Origin: an uncultured Gemmatimonadales bacterium
GTDB lineage: Bacteria; Gemmatimonadota; Gemmatimonadetes; Longimicrobiales; Longimicrobiaceae
Reading direction: 5' to 3'
Length of the DNA: 64,000 nucleotides
NCBI GenBank assembly: GCA_963716255.1
Contig: OY970303.1
Span: 7,328,001-7,392,000 of the forward strand
Shown: positions 56,202 to 64,000 of the stretch, piece by piece
How positions within the stretch are numbered: position 1 is the first letter of the stretch
How the letters are laid out: every line of letters starts with the position of its first letter
Program-made: the position numbers and the translations under genes
Notes under the pieces: generated by a model
What the model saw: the letters and a program-made list of their open reading frames with translations, nothing else
Told to the model about the DNA's origin: nothing
The model's database searches: none

Positions 56202-58706
56202 ATGGATAGGAAGTTCAACCCCTGGGCGAAGAACGCTAAAGACGCACAGAAACCAGAGGAGATCGCGGAAGAGCGAATCGCGCAATGGCGCCGTGGAGTG
56301 AAGGCGTTGGCTAATAGGTATTTCAAGCCAGATCTGAAATTGAATAATCTCGGGCTCAAAACGGTGCCGGTTAGCCTGCGCGCGGTTCCAAGGCTCAGAA
56401 TCCTGAATCTTTCTGATAATAAGATCCAGGAATTACCTGAGTGGATCGGGGAACTTTCGGTTGACTTTCTCAATCTCTCGGGGAATCAAATTAGAAGCTT
56501 ACCCGAAAGCATCGGGACAAGTGGAATCACGTTTTTATTGCTGCACCGTAATCGCCTTGAAGTGCTTCCGCAGGTACTTCGGACAATGCCTCGGCTTGAG
56601 TTGCTAGGTCTCCTTGGGAACCCAGGCTTGGGCATTCCAGATAGCATTTTAGATCATGGACACTCCGACACTATCCTTCAGTATTATTTTGAAACTCGAA
56701 ACGAAAAGGGGCACCCGCTACTCGAATTGAAGCTTCTACTCGTCGGCCGCGGGAAAGCGGGAAAGACATCACTCGTGAAGCGCCTTGCCGACGAAGAACC
56801 TGACGAAAGAGAGTCGGAAACACACTCGATAGCGATTCGTGAACTGGTGTTTGGATGTCCACGCGGCAAGGTACGAACGCGAGCCTGGGATTTTGGTGGG
56901 CAGGAAATCCTTCATTCGACGCACCAGTTCTTTCTCTCCGAGCGCAGTCTTTACCTGCTGGTGCTGGAGCCGCGCAGCGACCTGGCGCAGCGTGACGCGG
57001 AATACTGGCTGAAGTTGATCGAGACGCAGGGCGGAGGCTCGCCGGTGATCGTGGTCATGAACTGGAGCCACGATCGTCGATGGAGGGTCGACGAGGTGAA
57101 GCTGCGGCGGAAGTTCCCGTTCATCGTCGGCTTCATCTCGACGGATGCGCTGCATGGTGATGGGATCGACGAACTGCGGAGCACGATCCTCCAGACCGTT
57201 GAGGAGCGGATGCCCGACGTATGGCTCCCGTTCCCGCTCCGCTGGCGCACGGTCAAGGATGAAGTCGCCGGCATGAGCGACAATTTCCTCACCTATGATC
57301 AGTACACGGCGCTGTGTGCCGAGTATGGGGAGATCGATCCGGATTCGCAGGCCGCCCTCGCGGAAATCCTGCACGCGCTTGGCCTTGCACTATACTTCGG
57401 CAAGGACCCGCGGCTCCACGATACTCGGGTGCTCAACCCAGGCTGGGTAACCGGCGGGGTGTACGCCGTGATCCGCGCGCCCTCGGTGGCGGAGAACGAC
57501 GGGCAACTCGCCGTGGGCGACATGCCCCGCGTGCTGCGGGAGGCGGAGGCCGAGAACGTCGTGAACGCGGCCGACTACCCGCCTGAGACCCACCCGTTCA
57601 TCTTGGAGCTGATGCGTGCCTTCCAGCTCTGCTTCGCGAGCGAGGAAGAACCCGGTGAGGCATTGGAGCCGGCCAGACCCGTGCGCTACCTCGTCCCGGA
57701 GCTGCTGCCGGAGTTCGAGCCGGAGATGCCGGAGCCGTGGGACGAGGCGCCGGTCCGCCTGCGCTACACCTACGAAGTCCTGCCGCCCGGGCTGCTCCCC
57801 CGCTTCATCGTGCGTACCCATGCGCTGAGTGACGGCGCGCCGCACTGGCGCCACGGCGTAGTGCTGCGCCACGGCGACGCCTCGGCGCTGATCCGCGAGG
57901 AGTCGGACCGGCCGGAGCTGTACGTGTTCGTGCTCGGCGGCGACGACGACACGCGGCGCGTCCTGGTCGCCATGGTGCGCAACGAGCTGCAGGCGCTCCA
58001 CCGCGAGATGAAGATGGAGCCGGTGGAGGACCTGGAGCTGACCGGCGAGGCCGAGCGCTGGATCGGCGTCGAGGCGTTGCGCGACTTCGACGAGCCCCAG
58101 GCACCGACGAAGAAGCTGCCGGTCCTGCCCCAGGGAACGGCGGACGTGAACGTACCTCGCGAACTCGACAAGCTGGAGCCTGCCGAGACCCGGGCGATCG
58201 ATCGCGATCCGACCACGGCGCCCATCCCGGTGCGAGTTTTCGTGAGCTTTGCACACGACGACGAGCGGCAGCTCAAGCGCCTCGATGCGATGCTCGACGT
58301 GCTGGAACAGCAGCACGGGCTGGTGTCGTGGCGCGACAAGCGGCTCATCGCGGGCGAGGAATGGGACGAGGAGATCCGGCGGCGATTGGAGGAGATGGAC
58401 ATCTTCCTGTTCATCGCGAGCCAGACGTCGCTCGTGCGCCCGTACATCAAGGATCCGGAGATCAAGCGCGCCCGAGAACGCAAAGCGGAAGACGGTGTCG
58501 AGATCGTGACCGTGAAGCTGGAGCCCTGCGCTGCGGACGAAGATCCCTTCCTGGGCAAGCTCCAGCGGCTTGCACCGAAGTACAGCAGCATCGCAGAAAC
58601 GAAGCTCAGGTCTGTGGCGTGGGAACAGGTGCGAAAGGACCTGCTGCCCGTGATCGCCCGCGTGCGCGAGAAGAAGAAAAAGGCAGCCCGGCAGCGGGGA
58701 CCATGA
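56202..58706 (+). CDS. Roco protein LRR-Roc-COR-TIR
   Basis: About 4-5 LRRs (LNLSDNKIQELP, LNLSGNQIRSLP); P-loop GRGKAGKTS, WDFGGQE, THQFFL; COR VLNPGWVTGGVY, WRHGVVL; TIR VFVSFAH...WRD...GEEW...YIKDPEI. Confidence 0.92.
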   Translation: MDRKFNPWAKNAKDAQKPEEIAEERIAQWRRGVKALANRYFKPDLKLNNLGLKTVPVSLRAVPRLRILNLSDNKIQELPEWIGELSVDFLNLSGNQIRSLPESIGTSGITFLLLHRNRLEVLPQVLRTMPRLELLGLLGNPGLGIPDSILDHGHSDTILQYYFETRNEKGHPLLELKLLLVGRGKAGKTSLVKRLADEEPDERESETHSIAIRELVFGCPRGKVRTRAWDFGGQEILHSTHQFFLSERSLYLLVLEPRSDLAQRDAEYWLKLIETQGGGSPVIVVMNWSHDRRWRVDEVKLRRKFPFIVGFISTDALHGDGIDELRSTILQTVEERMPDVWLPFPLRWRTVKDEVAGMSDNFLTYDQYTALCAEYGEIDPDSQAALAEILHALGLALYFGKDPRLHDTRVLNPGWVTGGVYAVIRAPSVAENDGQLAVGDMPRVLREAEAENVVNAADYPPETHPFILELMRAFQLCFASEEEPGEALEPARPVRYLVPELLPEFEPEMPEPWDEAPVRLRYTYEVLPPGLLPRFIVRTHALSDGAPHWRHGVVLRHGDASALIREESDRPELYVFVLGGDDDTRRVLVAMVRNELQALHREMKMEPVEDLELTGEAERWIGVEALRDFDEPQAPTKKLPVLPQGTADVNVPRELDKLEPAETRAIDRDPTTAPIPVRVFVSFAHDDERQLKRLDAMLDVLEQQHGLVSWRDKRLIAGEEWDEEIRRRLEEMDIFLFIASQTSLVRPYIKDPEIKRARERKAEDGVEIVTVKLEPCAADEDPFLGKLQRLAPKYSSIAETKLRSVAWEQVRKDLLPVIARVREKKKKAARQRGP

Positions 58707-58731
58707 CGGCGCTCTGGGCGCCTCACCCGCG

Positions 58732-60468
58732 TCACCGGTTCACGAGCAGCGATCCTCCCTCCACCGAGCATCCCGCAGTCGCCGCGGCGGCCCTGTCCCC
58801 CACGCTGTCGCACGCCCGCCGACGCATGCCGCCCTCCTGCGCCAGCAGCGCCAGCGCGACCCCGTTGGTCCACCCGAAGCCGTCCTGCGTCGGGTACTCC
58901 CCGCCGCCCGCCGCCCGCGCGGGGTCCCCCACGTCGTACTTCTCCGTCATCTTCCCCGTCGCGCGGTAGGTGCGCCGATTGAGCGCCAGCCAGCGCGCGC
59001 GGGCCGTGTCCGCCAGGTCGGCGCGGCCGTAGCGGCGCACCCCCTCCATGGCCAGCCACTGCAGCGGCGGCCACCCGTTGGGCGCGTCCCATTGCTGGCC
59101 GGAGGCGATCCCCGTGGTCACGAACCCGCCCGCCCGGAGGAAGTCGCGCTCCAGGCGGGCGGCCGTCCTGCGCCCCTGCTCCGCCGTGGCGAGCCCGAAG
59201 TAGAGCGGGGCCGCCGCCGCCAGGGTGGGGCGGTCCGCCACGCGCTCGCCGCTCCGCCAGCGCACGTCGTAGAAGAAGCCGGAGGCCGGGTCGTACGCGG
59301 CGGCGAGCAGCGCCGTCCTGCGCGCCGATGCCGCGCGGTCGAAACGCGCCGCCGCCTCCGCGTCGCCCGGCCGGCCGCGGAACCGGCGGAGCGCGGCGAT
59401 GGTGCGCTCCGCGTGGTACAGCAGGCTGTTCAGGTCCACGGGCGCCAGCTCCGTCGTTTCCAGCGTGCGCAGGTCGCGCGGGTCGCGCATCCAGCGGCTG
59501 GAAAAGTCCCAGCCGCTCTCCGCCGCCGCGCGCACCTCGCGGTAGAGCGCCTCGCGCCGGCCGGCGGGAAGCGTCTGCGCCAGCGCGTAGTCCTCGCGGT
59601 ACGACTCCGGGCGGGGCTCCGGCCGGTCGTCCCAGTAGCGGTTCAGGAGCGCGCCGCCGGGGAGGCGCACCACGCGGCGGTGCGCGGCGCCGGGAGCGAC
59701 CCGCTCCGCGCCCTCCATCCAGAAGGCGTGCTCCGCCTCCAGCGCGTCCAGGTAGCCGAGCACCCGGGCCGTGTCCGCGGCGCGCGCGTACAGCCCCACC
59801 ATCGCCGCCAGGAACGGCGGCTGGCTGCGGCTCAGGTAGTAGCTGCGGTTGCCGTTGGGGACGTGGCCGACGGTGCGCGCCAGGTGGGCGAAGTTGTCGA
59901 GCATGCTCCGCACCAGGTCCACGCGCCCGCTCTCCACCAGCCCCAGCATGGTGAAGTACGAGTCCCAGTAGTAGACCTCGCGGAAGCGCCCGCCGGGCAC
60001 CACGTACGCGTTCGGCAGCGGGACCAGAGACGAGCGGGGATCCGCGCGGTCCGGCGGGCGGGTGAGGGCGGGCCAGAGCGCGCGGACGTGCGCCTCCATG
60101 GGGCGCGAAGTGTCCGCGCGGACCCCCTCGCCGGCCGGGCGGGGGAGCTCGAAGCGGCGCTCCACGAACGCCTTCAGGTCCAATCCGCCCCGTTCCCGGG
60201 CCGCCGCGTACCGCGCCGCGATCTCCGCCGGCGGCGCGAGCGGGCGGGCGTCCACGAAGGTCTTGGAGTCCGGGAAGATCCCCGCCGTCTGCACGTCGTG
60301 GAAGAGCGGGCCCAGGTCGCGCGAGGGATCGTAGCGCGCGGCGTCCGCGGCGGGCCCGGAGGGTGTAGCGGCGGCCGGGGCGCCGCTCCCGCACCCGGCC
60401 GCCAGGAGGAGCGCCGCGGCGAGCCCGAAGGCGCCCGCCGCGGCGCGTCCGCGGGGCCGCAGCGTCAC
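58732..60468 (-). CDS. treA: Alpha,alpha-trehalase (GH37), probable lipoprotein
   Basis: FPDSKTFVD, VPGGRFREVYYWDSYF, PNGNRSYYLSRSQPP, PRPESY, AAESGWDFSSRW, QQWDAPNGW, QDGFGWTNGV; lipobox LAAGC; GTGA-coupled to the MFS gene. Confidence 0.93.
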   Translation of the reverse strand: MTLRPRGRAAAGAFGLAAALLLAAGCGSGAPAAATPSGPAADAARYDPSRDLGPLFHDVQTAGIFPDSKTFVDARPLAPPAEIAARYAAARERGGLDLKAFVERRFELPRPAGEGVRADTSRPMEAHVRALWPALTRPPDRADPRSSLVPLPNAYVVPGGRFREVYYWDSYFTMLGLVESGRVDLVRSMLDNFAHLARTVGHVPNGNRSYYLSRSQPPFLAAMVGLYARAADTARVLGYLDALEAEHAFWMEGAERVAPGAAHRRVVRLPGGALLNRYWDDRPEPRPESYREDYALAQTLPAGRREALYREVRAAAESGWDFSSRWMRDPRDLRTLETTELAPVDLNSLLYHAERTIAALRRFRGRPGDAEAAARFDRAASARRTALLAAAYDPASGFFYDVRWRSGERVADRPTLAAAAPLYFGLATAEQGRRTAARLERDFLRAGGFVTTGIASGQQWDAPNGWPPLQWLAMEGVRRYGRADLADTARARWLALNRRTYRATGKMTEKYDVGDPARAAGGGEYPTQDGFGWTNGVALALLAQEGGMRRRACDSVGDRAAAATAGCSVEGGSLLVNR

Positions 60469-61892
60469 GACGGGCGGGAGCCCGGCTCGTCCACCAGCCC
60501 GGTGCTGGGGACCGGCTGCACCGAGCCCTGCAGGGTCAGCAGCCCGTGCTCGTCCGCGTCGATCACCGCAGCCTCCGGCACGTCGCGGTCGCCCACGTCG
60601 TCCACGATCATCACCAGCGCGGCCGCGGCCAGCAGCGACACCCCGCCGATCATCACCATGTACAGCGACGCGTCGGGGTTGGACTCGCCGAACAGGGAGC
60701 GGATGATGGGCCCGAAGGTGAGCGCCGCCAGGATCTCGGGGATCACGATGAAGAAGTTGAACACGCCCATGTAGACGCCCATCCGGTGCGGGGGCAGCGC
60801 GCCGGCCAGGATGGCGAAGGGCATGGACAGGATGGACGCCCAGGCGATCCCCACGCCCACCATCGTCAGCAGCAGCAGGTAGCGGTCGTGGATGCCGTAC
60901 ACGCTCAGCAGCCCCACGCCGCCGCACACCAGCGCGAGCGCGTGCGTGGCCTTGCGGCTGGTGGCCGCCGCCAGCCGGGGGAGCGCGAACGCCACGGCGA
61001 AGCAGGTGACGGAGTACACCGCGAACGTCAGCCCGCCCCACTCGATCCCCCGGGCGTACAGCGTCGAGTCCGGGTCCGTGGCGCCGAACACGTGCCGCGC
61101 CACGGTGGGCACGAAGAACATCCACATGCAGAACAGCCCCAGCCAGGTGAAGAACTGCACCACGGCCAGCTGCTTCATGGTCCGCGGCATCTCGCGGATG
61201 GCGCCGCCGATCTCGCCCAGGAGCGCCGCCGGCCCGCTGCGGCCGCGCCGCTCTCGCTCGAAGGCGGCCATGTCCTCGGGCGGGTGCTCGGTGGTGGTGA
61301 ACACCGTCCACAGCACCGCCAGCAGGAACACCGCCGCGCCCACCTGGAAGCTGTAGTACACGGTCAGCGGGATGCCGCTCGCCGTGCTCCCCGTCACCCC
61401 CGTCGCGCCGAACAGGAAGGGCAGCGCGTTGGCGAGGCTGGCGCCCACCCCGATGAAGAACGACTGCATCACGAAGCCGGAGGTGCGCTGGCTCGCGGGT
61501 AGCTTGTCGGCCACGAAGGCGCGGAACGGCTCCATGCTGACGTTGATGGAGGCGTCCAGGATCCAGAGCAGCCCCGCCGCCATCCACAGCGCGCTCGACG
61601 TGGGCATGAAGAAGAGCGCGACCGAGGCCAGGATGGCGCCCACCAGGAAGTACGGCCGCCGCCGCCCCAGCCGGCCCCAGGTGCGGTCGCTCAGCGCGCC
61701 CACGATGGGCTGCACCAGGAGCCCCGTGACCGGGGCCGCGAGCCAGAGCAGCGGCACCTCGTCCGGCCGCGCCCCCAGCCGCTCGTACACCGCGGACATG
61801 TTGGCGAGCTGCAGCCCCCAGCCGAACTGGATGCCGAGGAAGCCGAAGCTCATGTTGAACATCTCGCGGAAGCTGAGGCGCGGTTTCTCCAT
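60465..61892 (-). CDS. MFS sugar transporter (maltose/sucrose SUT1/MalT-like)
   Basis: [58 protein letters not shown]. Confidence 0.92.
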   Translation of the reverse strand: MEKPRLSFREMFNMSFGFLGIQFGWGLQLANMSAVYERLGARPDEVPLLWLAAPVTGLLVQPIVGALSDRTWGRLGRRRPYFLVGAILASVALFFMPTSSALWMAAGLLWILDASINVSMEPFRAFVADKLPASQRTSGFVMQSFFIGVGASLANALPFLFGATGVTGSTASGIPLTVYYSFQVGAAVFLLAVLWTVFTTTEHPPEDMAAFERERRGRSGPAALLGEIGGAIREMPRTMKQLAVVQFFTWLGLFCMWMFFVPTVARHVFGATDPDSTLYARGIEWGGLTFAVYSVTCFAVAFALPRLAAATSRKATHALALVCGGVGLLSVYGIHDRYLLLLTMVGVGIAWASILSMPFAILAGALPPHRMGVYMGVFNFFIVIPEILAALTFGPIIRSLFGESNPDASLYMVMIGGVSLLAAAALVMIVDDVGDRDVPEAAVIDADEHGLLTLQGSVQPVPSTGLVDEPGSRPS

Positions 61893-62011
61893 CGCGAGTC
61901 TTCTCCGGGGGTGGTGGGGTGGAGCGGACCGGCCGGCGGGCGCGGCCGGGTTCCGCTCGCGCGGGAGCGGCTGCACGCCGATGCGGGGGCGGCGACGGCA
62001 GGACGGCGGGA

Positions 62012-62122
62012 ATTTGTCGCGACACCCGACAAATACCATATAGGCACGGGAGGCGGCGCGCGGCAAGGGCGACACGGCCTCCCGCGCCGCTTCCGCCCCA
62101 TTTCGTCAACCGTCGTGACGAA
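62012..62122. promoter_or_regulatory. Two putative ROK operators in the MFS/maa divergent region
   Basis: ATTTGTCG-N7-CGACAAAT (62012-62034) and TTCGTCA-N7-TGACGAA (62102-62122). Confidence 0.65.
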
Positions 62123-62198
62123 TTCGCGCCGGGGAGCGGACGCGTCCGGCGCCGAACTTGCGCGCGGCCGCGGCGACCCGGTCACGGAGGAGCGGCCG

Positions 62199-62756
62199 AT
62201 GAAGAGCGAGCGGCAGAAGATGCTGGCGGGGGAGCCGTACGACCCCCTGGACCCCGAGCTGGCCGCGGCGCGGGCGCGCGCGCGGGACCTGTGCCAGGCG
62301 CTGAACGCCACCCGCGAGGCGGAGCAGGACGCGCGGCGCCGCATCCTGGGCGATCTGTTCGGCGCGGGCGGAGACACGGTGTGGATGCAGACGCCGTTCT
62401 TCTGCGACTACGGCTCCAACATCAAGCTGGGGGAGCGCGTGTTCTTCAACTTCAACTGCGTGGTGCTGGACGTGTGCCCGGTGCGCATCGGCAGCTTCAC
62501 GCTCTTCGGGCCCGCGGTGCAGATCCTCACTCCGCTGCACCCCATGGACGCCGCGCTGCGCCGGCGCGAGGAGTTCGGCAGGCCGGTGGAGATCGGGTCG
62601 GACGTGTGGGTGGGGGGCGGGGCCATCATCCTGCCCGGCGTGCGGATCGGGTCGCGCGCCGTGGTGGGCGCGGGGAGCGTGGTCACGCGCGACGTGCCGG
62701 AGGGGGTGTTCGCCGCCGGGAACCCGTGCCGTGTCATCCGGGAGGTCGCGGAGTGA
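62199..62756 (+). CDS. maa: Maltose/sugar O-acetyltransferase
   Basis: KMLAGEPY, PFFCDYGSNI, hexapeptide repeats, GAGSVVTRDVP, GNPCRVIR; GGAGG RBS. Confidence 0.92.
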   Translation: MKSERQKMLAGEPYDPLDPELAAARARARDLCQALNATREAEQDARRRILGDLFGAGGDTVWMQTPFFCDYGSNIKLGERVFFNFNCVVLDVCPVRIGSFTLFGPAVQILTPLHPMDAALRRREEFGRPVEIGSDVWVGGGAIILPGVRIGSRAVVGAGSVVTRDVPEGVFAAGNPCRVIREVAE

Positions 62757-62795
62757 TCATTGGACCGGTCGCATGGGGATGAAAAGCTTGGGTTC

Positions 62796-63007
62796 GGGCG
62801 TGCCCCCGGCTGCGCCGGGGTCGGGCTTCGGCTCCGTAACGCACGAAACAACCGTGCGTAACGGAGTCGAGCCCCGGCGGAAACAGCCCCGCCGGGTCTC
62901 GCCCCTTCGGGCCGAAATCCCTCACGCGGGTTTCGCGCTGGCGTCCGCTGGGGTGGGCCCCCTCACCCCCCGGCCCCCTCTCCCCCGCAAGCGGGGGAAA
63001 GGGGGAG
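62796..63007 (+). repeat. Structured repeat, full copy 5 (62796-62928), plus a REP-like palindrome (62958-63007)
   Basis: Variable stem ACGCACG-AAACAAC-CGTGCGT. Confidence 0.9.
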
Positions 63008-63098
63008 GACTGCACGGCTTCCCTGCATCCGCGTGTTGCGGATGCCCGGGGGCGCCTGGCTCGCACGGATTGCGGATGAGCGGACGCATGGAGGGACG

Positions 63099-63674
63099 GT
63101 GAACTCCAACGACGCGCTCGCCCTGCTGCGCGCGGCGGTCCCCGCGGCGGAAGGCGAGACGTGGGCGGACCTGGGGGCGGGCGGGGGCGTGTTCACCCGC
63201 GCGCTCGCGGCGCTGGTGGGCGAAGCGGGGCACGTGTACGCGGCGGACGCGGACGGGCGGGCGGTGCGCGCGCTGCGTGCGTGGGCGGCGGAGGCGCGCG
63301 GCGGACCCGCCGTCACGGTGCTCCGGGCGGACGTCACGGCGCCGCTCTCGCTTCCCCCGCTGGACGGGGTGCTCCTGGCCAACGTGCTCCACTTCGTCGC
63401 GGACGCGGGGGCCGCGCTGCCGCGCATCGCCGCGCACCTGCGCCCCGGCGGGCGCCTTGTGCTGGTGGAGTACGAGGGGCGGCGGCCGGGCCCCTGGGTG
63501 CCGTACCCGGTGTCCGCAGCGCGCTTCCGGGAGCTGGCCCCCGCCGCCGGGCTCGGTCCGCCGGAGGTGGTCGCCACTCGCCCCTCCGCCTACGGCGGAG
63601 AGATGTACGTCGCCACGGCGCTGCGGGCGGAGGACGCGGCGGAGCCTGGAGGGATGATCGGCTGGCCGGTTTGA
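63099..63674 (+). CDS. Class I SAM-dependent methyltransferase
   Basis: WADLGAGGGVFT, LDGVLLANVLHF, LRPGGRLVLVEY; GGAGG before the GTG. Confidence 0.88.
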   Translation: MNSNDALALLRAAVPAAEGETWADLGAGGGVFTRALAALVGEAGHVYAADADGRAVRALRAWAAEARGGPAVTVLRADVTAPLSLPPLDGVLLANVLHFVADAGAALPRIAAHLRPGGRLVLVEYEGRRPGPWVPYPVSAARFRELAPAAGLGPPEVVATRPSAYGGEMYVATALRAEDAAEPGGMIGWPV

Positions 63675-63785
63675 ACGGAAAGATTTGGCCGTACTCACGG
63701 CTGCGGCTCCGCAGCACGATCAGGTACTGGACGCACAGTGGCGCCGGAGGGCCCCGGCGGGTATAGCCGGTTCCGGAGAAACAGA

Positions 63786-63819
63786 CGGGGGAATCTCGCC
63801 GCGTGATTCCCCCGCTTTT
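63786..63819. terminator. Probable (bidirectional) intrinsic terminator
   Basis: CGGGGGAATC-N9-GATTCCCCCG followed by CTTTT; lies between convergent genes. Confidence 0.6.
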
Positions 63820-63865
63820 GTCCGTGTGTCGCTCGGCCCGGTACTCCCCGAAGCGCGAAGCCGGT

Positions 63866-64000
63866 CTAGGGATTGATCAAGCAGGCGCACGTGCCGTCCA
63901 GCACGCATTTGCCGCCGGGATAACCCCGGTCCACGCACCACTGGTGACAGAAAGCATTCCCTCCCGGTGACGGTATGCAGATCCCATCGCCTTCTGTTAT
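63866..64000 (-). CDS. CSalpha-beta defensin-like peptide, 3' part (5' end lies beyond the window)
   Basis: Hand translation 64000 to 63866: ITEGDGICIPSPGGNAFCHQWCVDRGYPGGKCVLDGTCACLINP*; C-x9-C-x3-C-x9-C-x5-C-x-C with GxC. Confidence 0.75.
   Translation of the reverse strand: MTEGDGICIPSPGGNAFCHQWCVDRGYPGGKCVLDGTCACLINP

Noticed and set aside
25622..62928. CRISPR array or IS element as the explanation for the repeats
   Set aside because: Copies are dispersed rather than regularly spaced; no cas or transposase gene and no target-site duplication was recognised.

Overview
A high-GC bacterial window. The gene content (BTAD-TM-TPR regulator, SusC/SusD pair, many hybrid kinases) suggests Gemmatimonadota, but this is an inference only. 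In order it holds: a BTAD/TPR membrane regulator flanked by hypotheticals; an ~11 kb signal-transduction island (KaiC-like ATPase, four His kinases including a CheB-CheR fusion, a lone receiver, a stand-alone HisKA protein, TetR); a USP; a 2903-aa cyclic beta-1,2-glucan synthase; a GAF kinase and a Gfo/Idh/MocA oxidoreductase; a compact three-gene operon whose last two genes resemble the linaridin LinL/LinG(HTTM) modification pair but follow a 284-aa protein instead of a short precursor; and a ~30 kb alpha-glucan/trehalose utilisation locus (GH, glk, ROK, susC, susD, GH97, two GH13, CBM-esterase, trehalase, MFS, maa). That locus carries five copies of a WTYGT-N11-ACNAW palindrome and is interrupted by an M12/M4-peptidase/MBL cassette and an LRR-Roc-COR-TIR gene with an AT-rich 5' end. 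At the right edge, missed by the ORF track, is the 3' end of a minus-strand six-cysteine CSalpha-beta defensin-like peptide. Five full and two partial copies of a ~130-nt intergenic repeat show clear compensatory base changes, indicating a conserved nucleic-acid structure. No rRNA, tRNA, CRISPR array or transposase was recognised.
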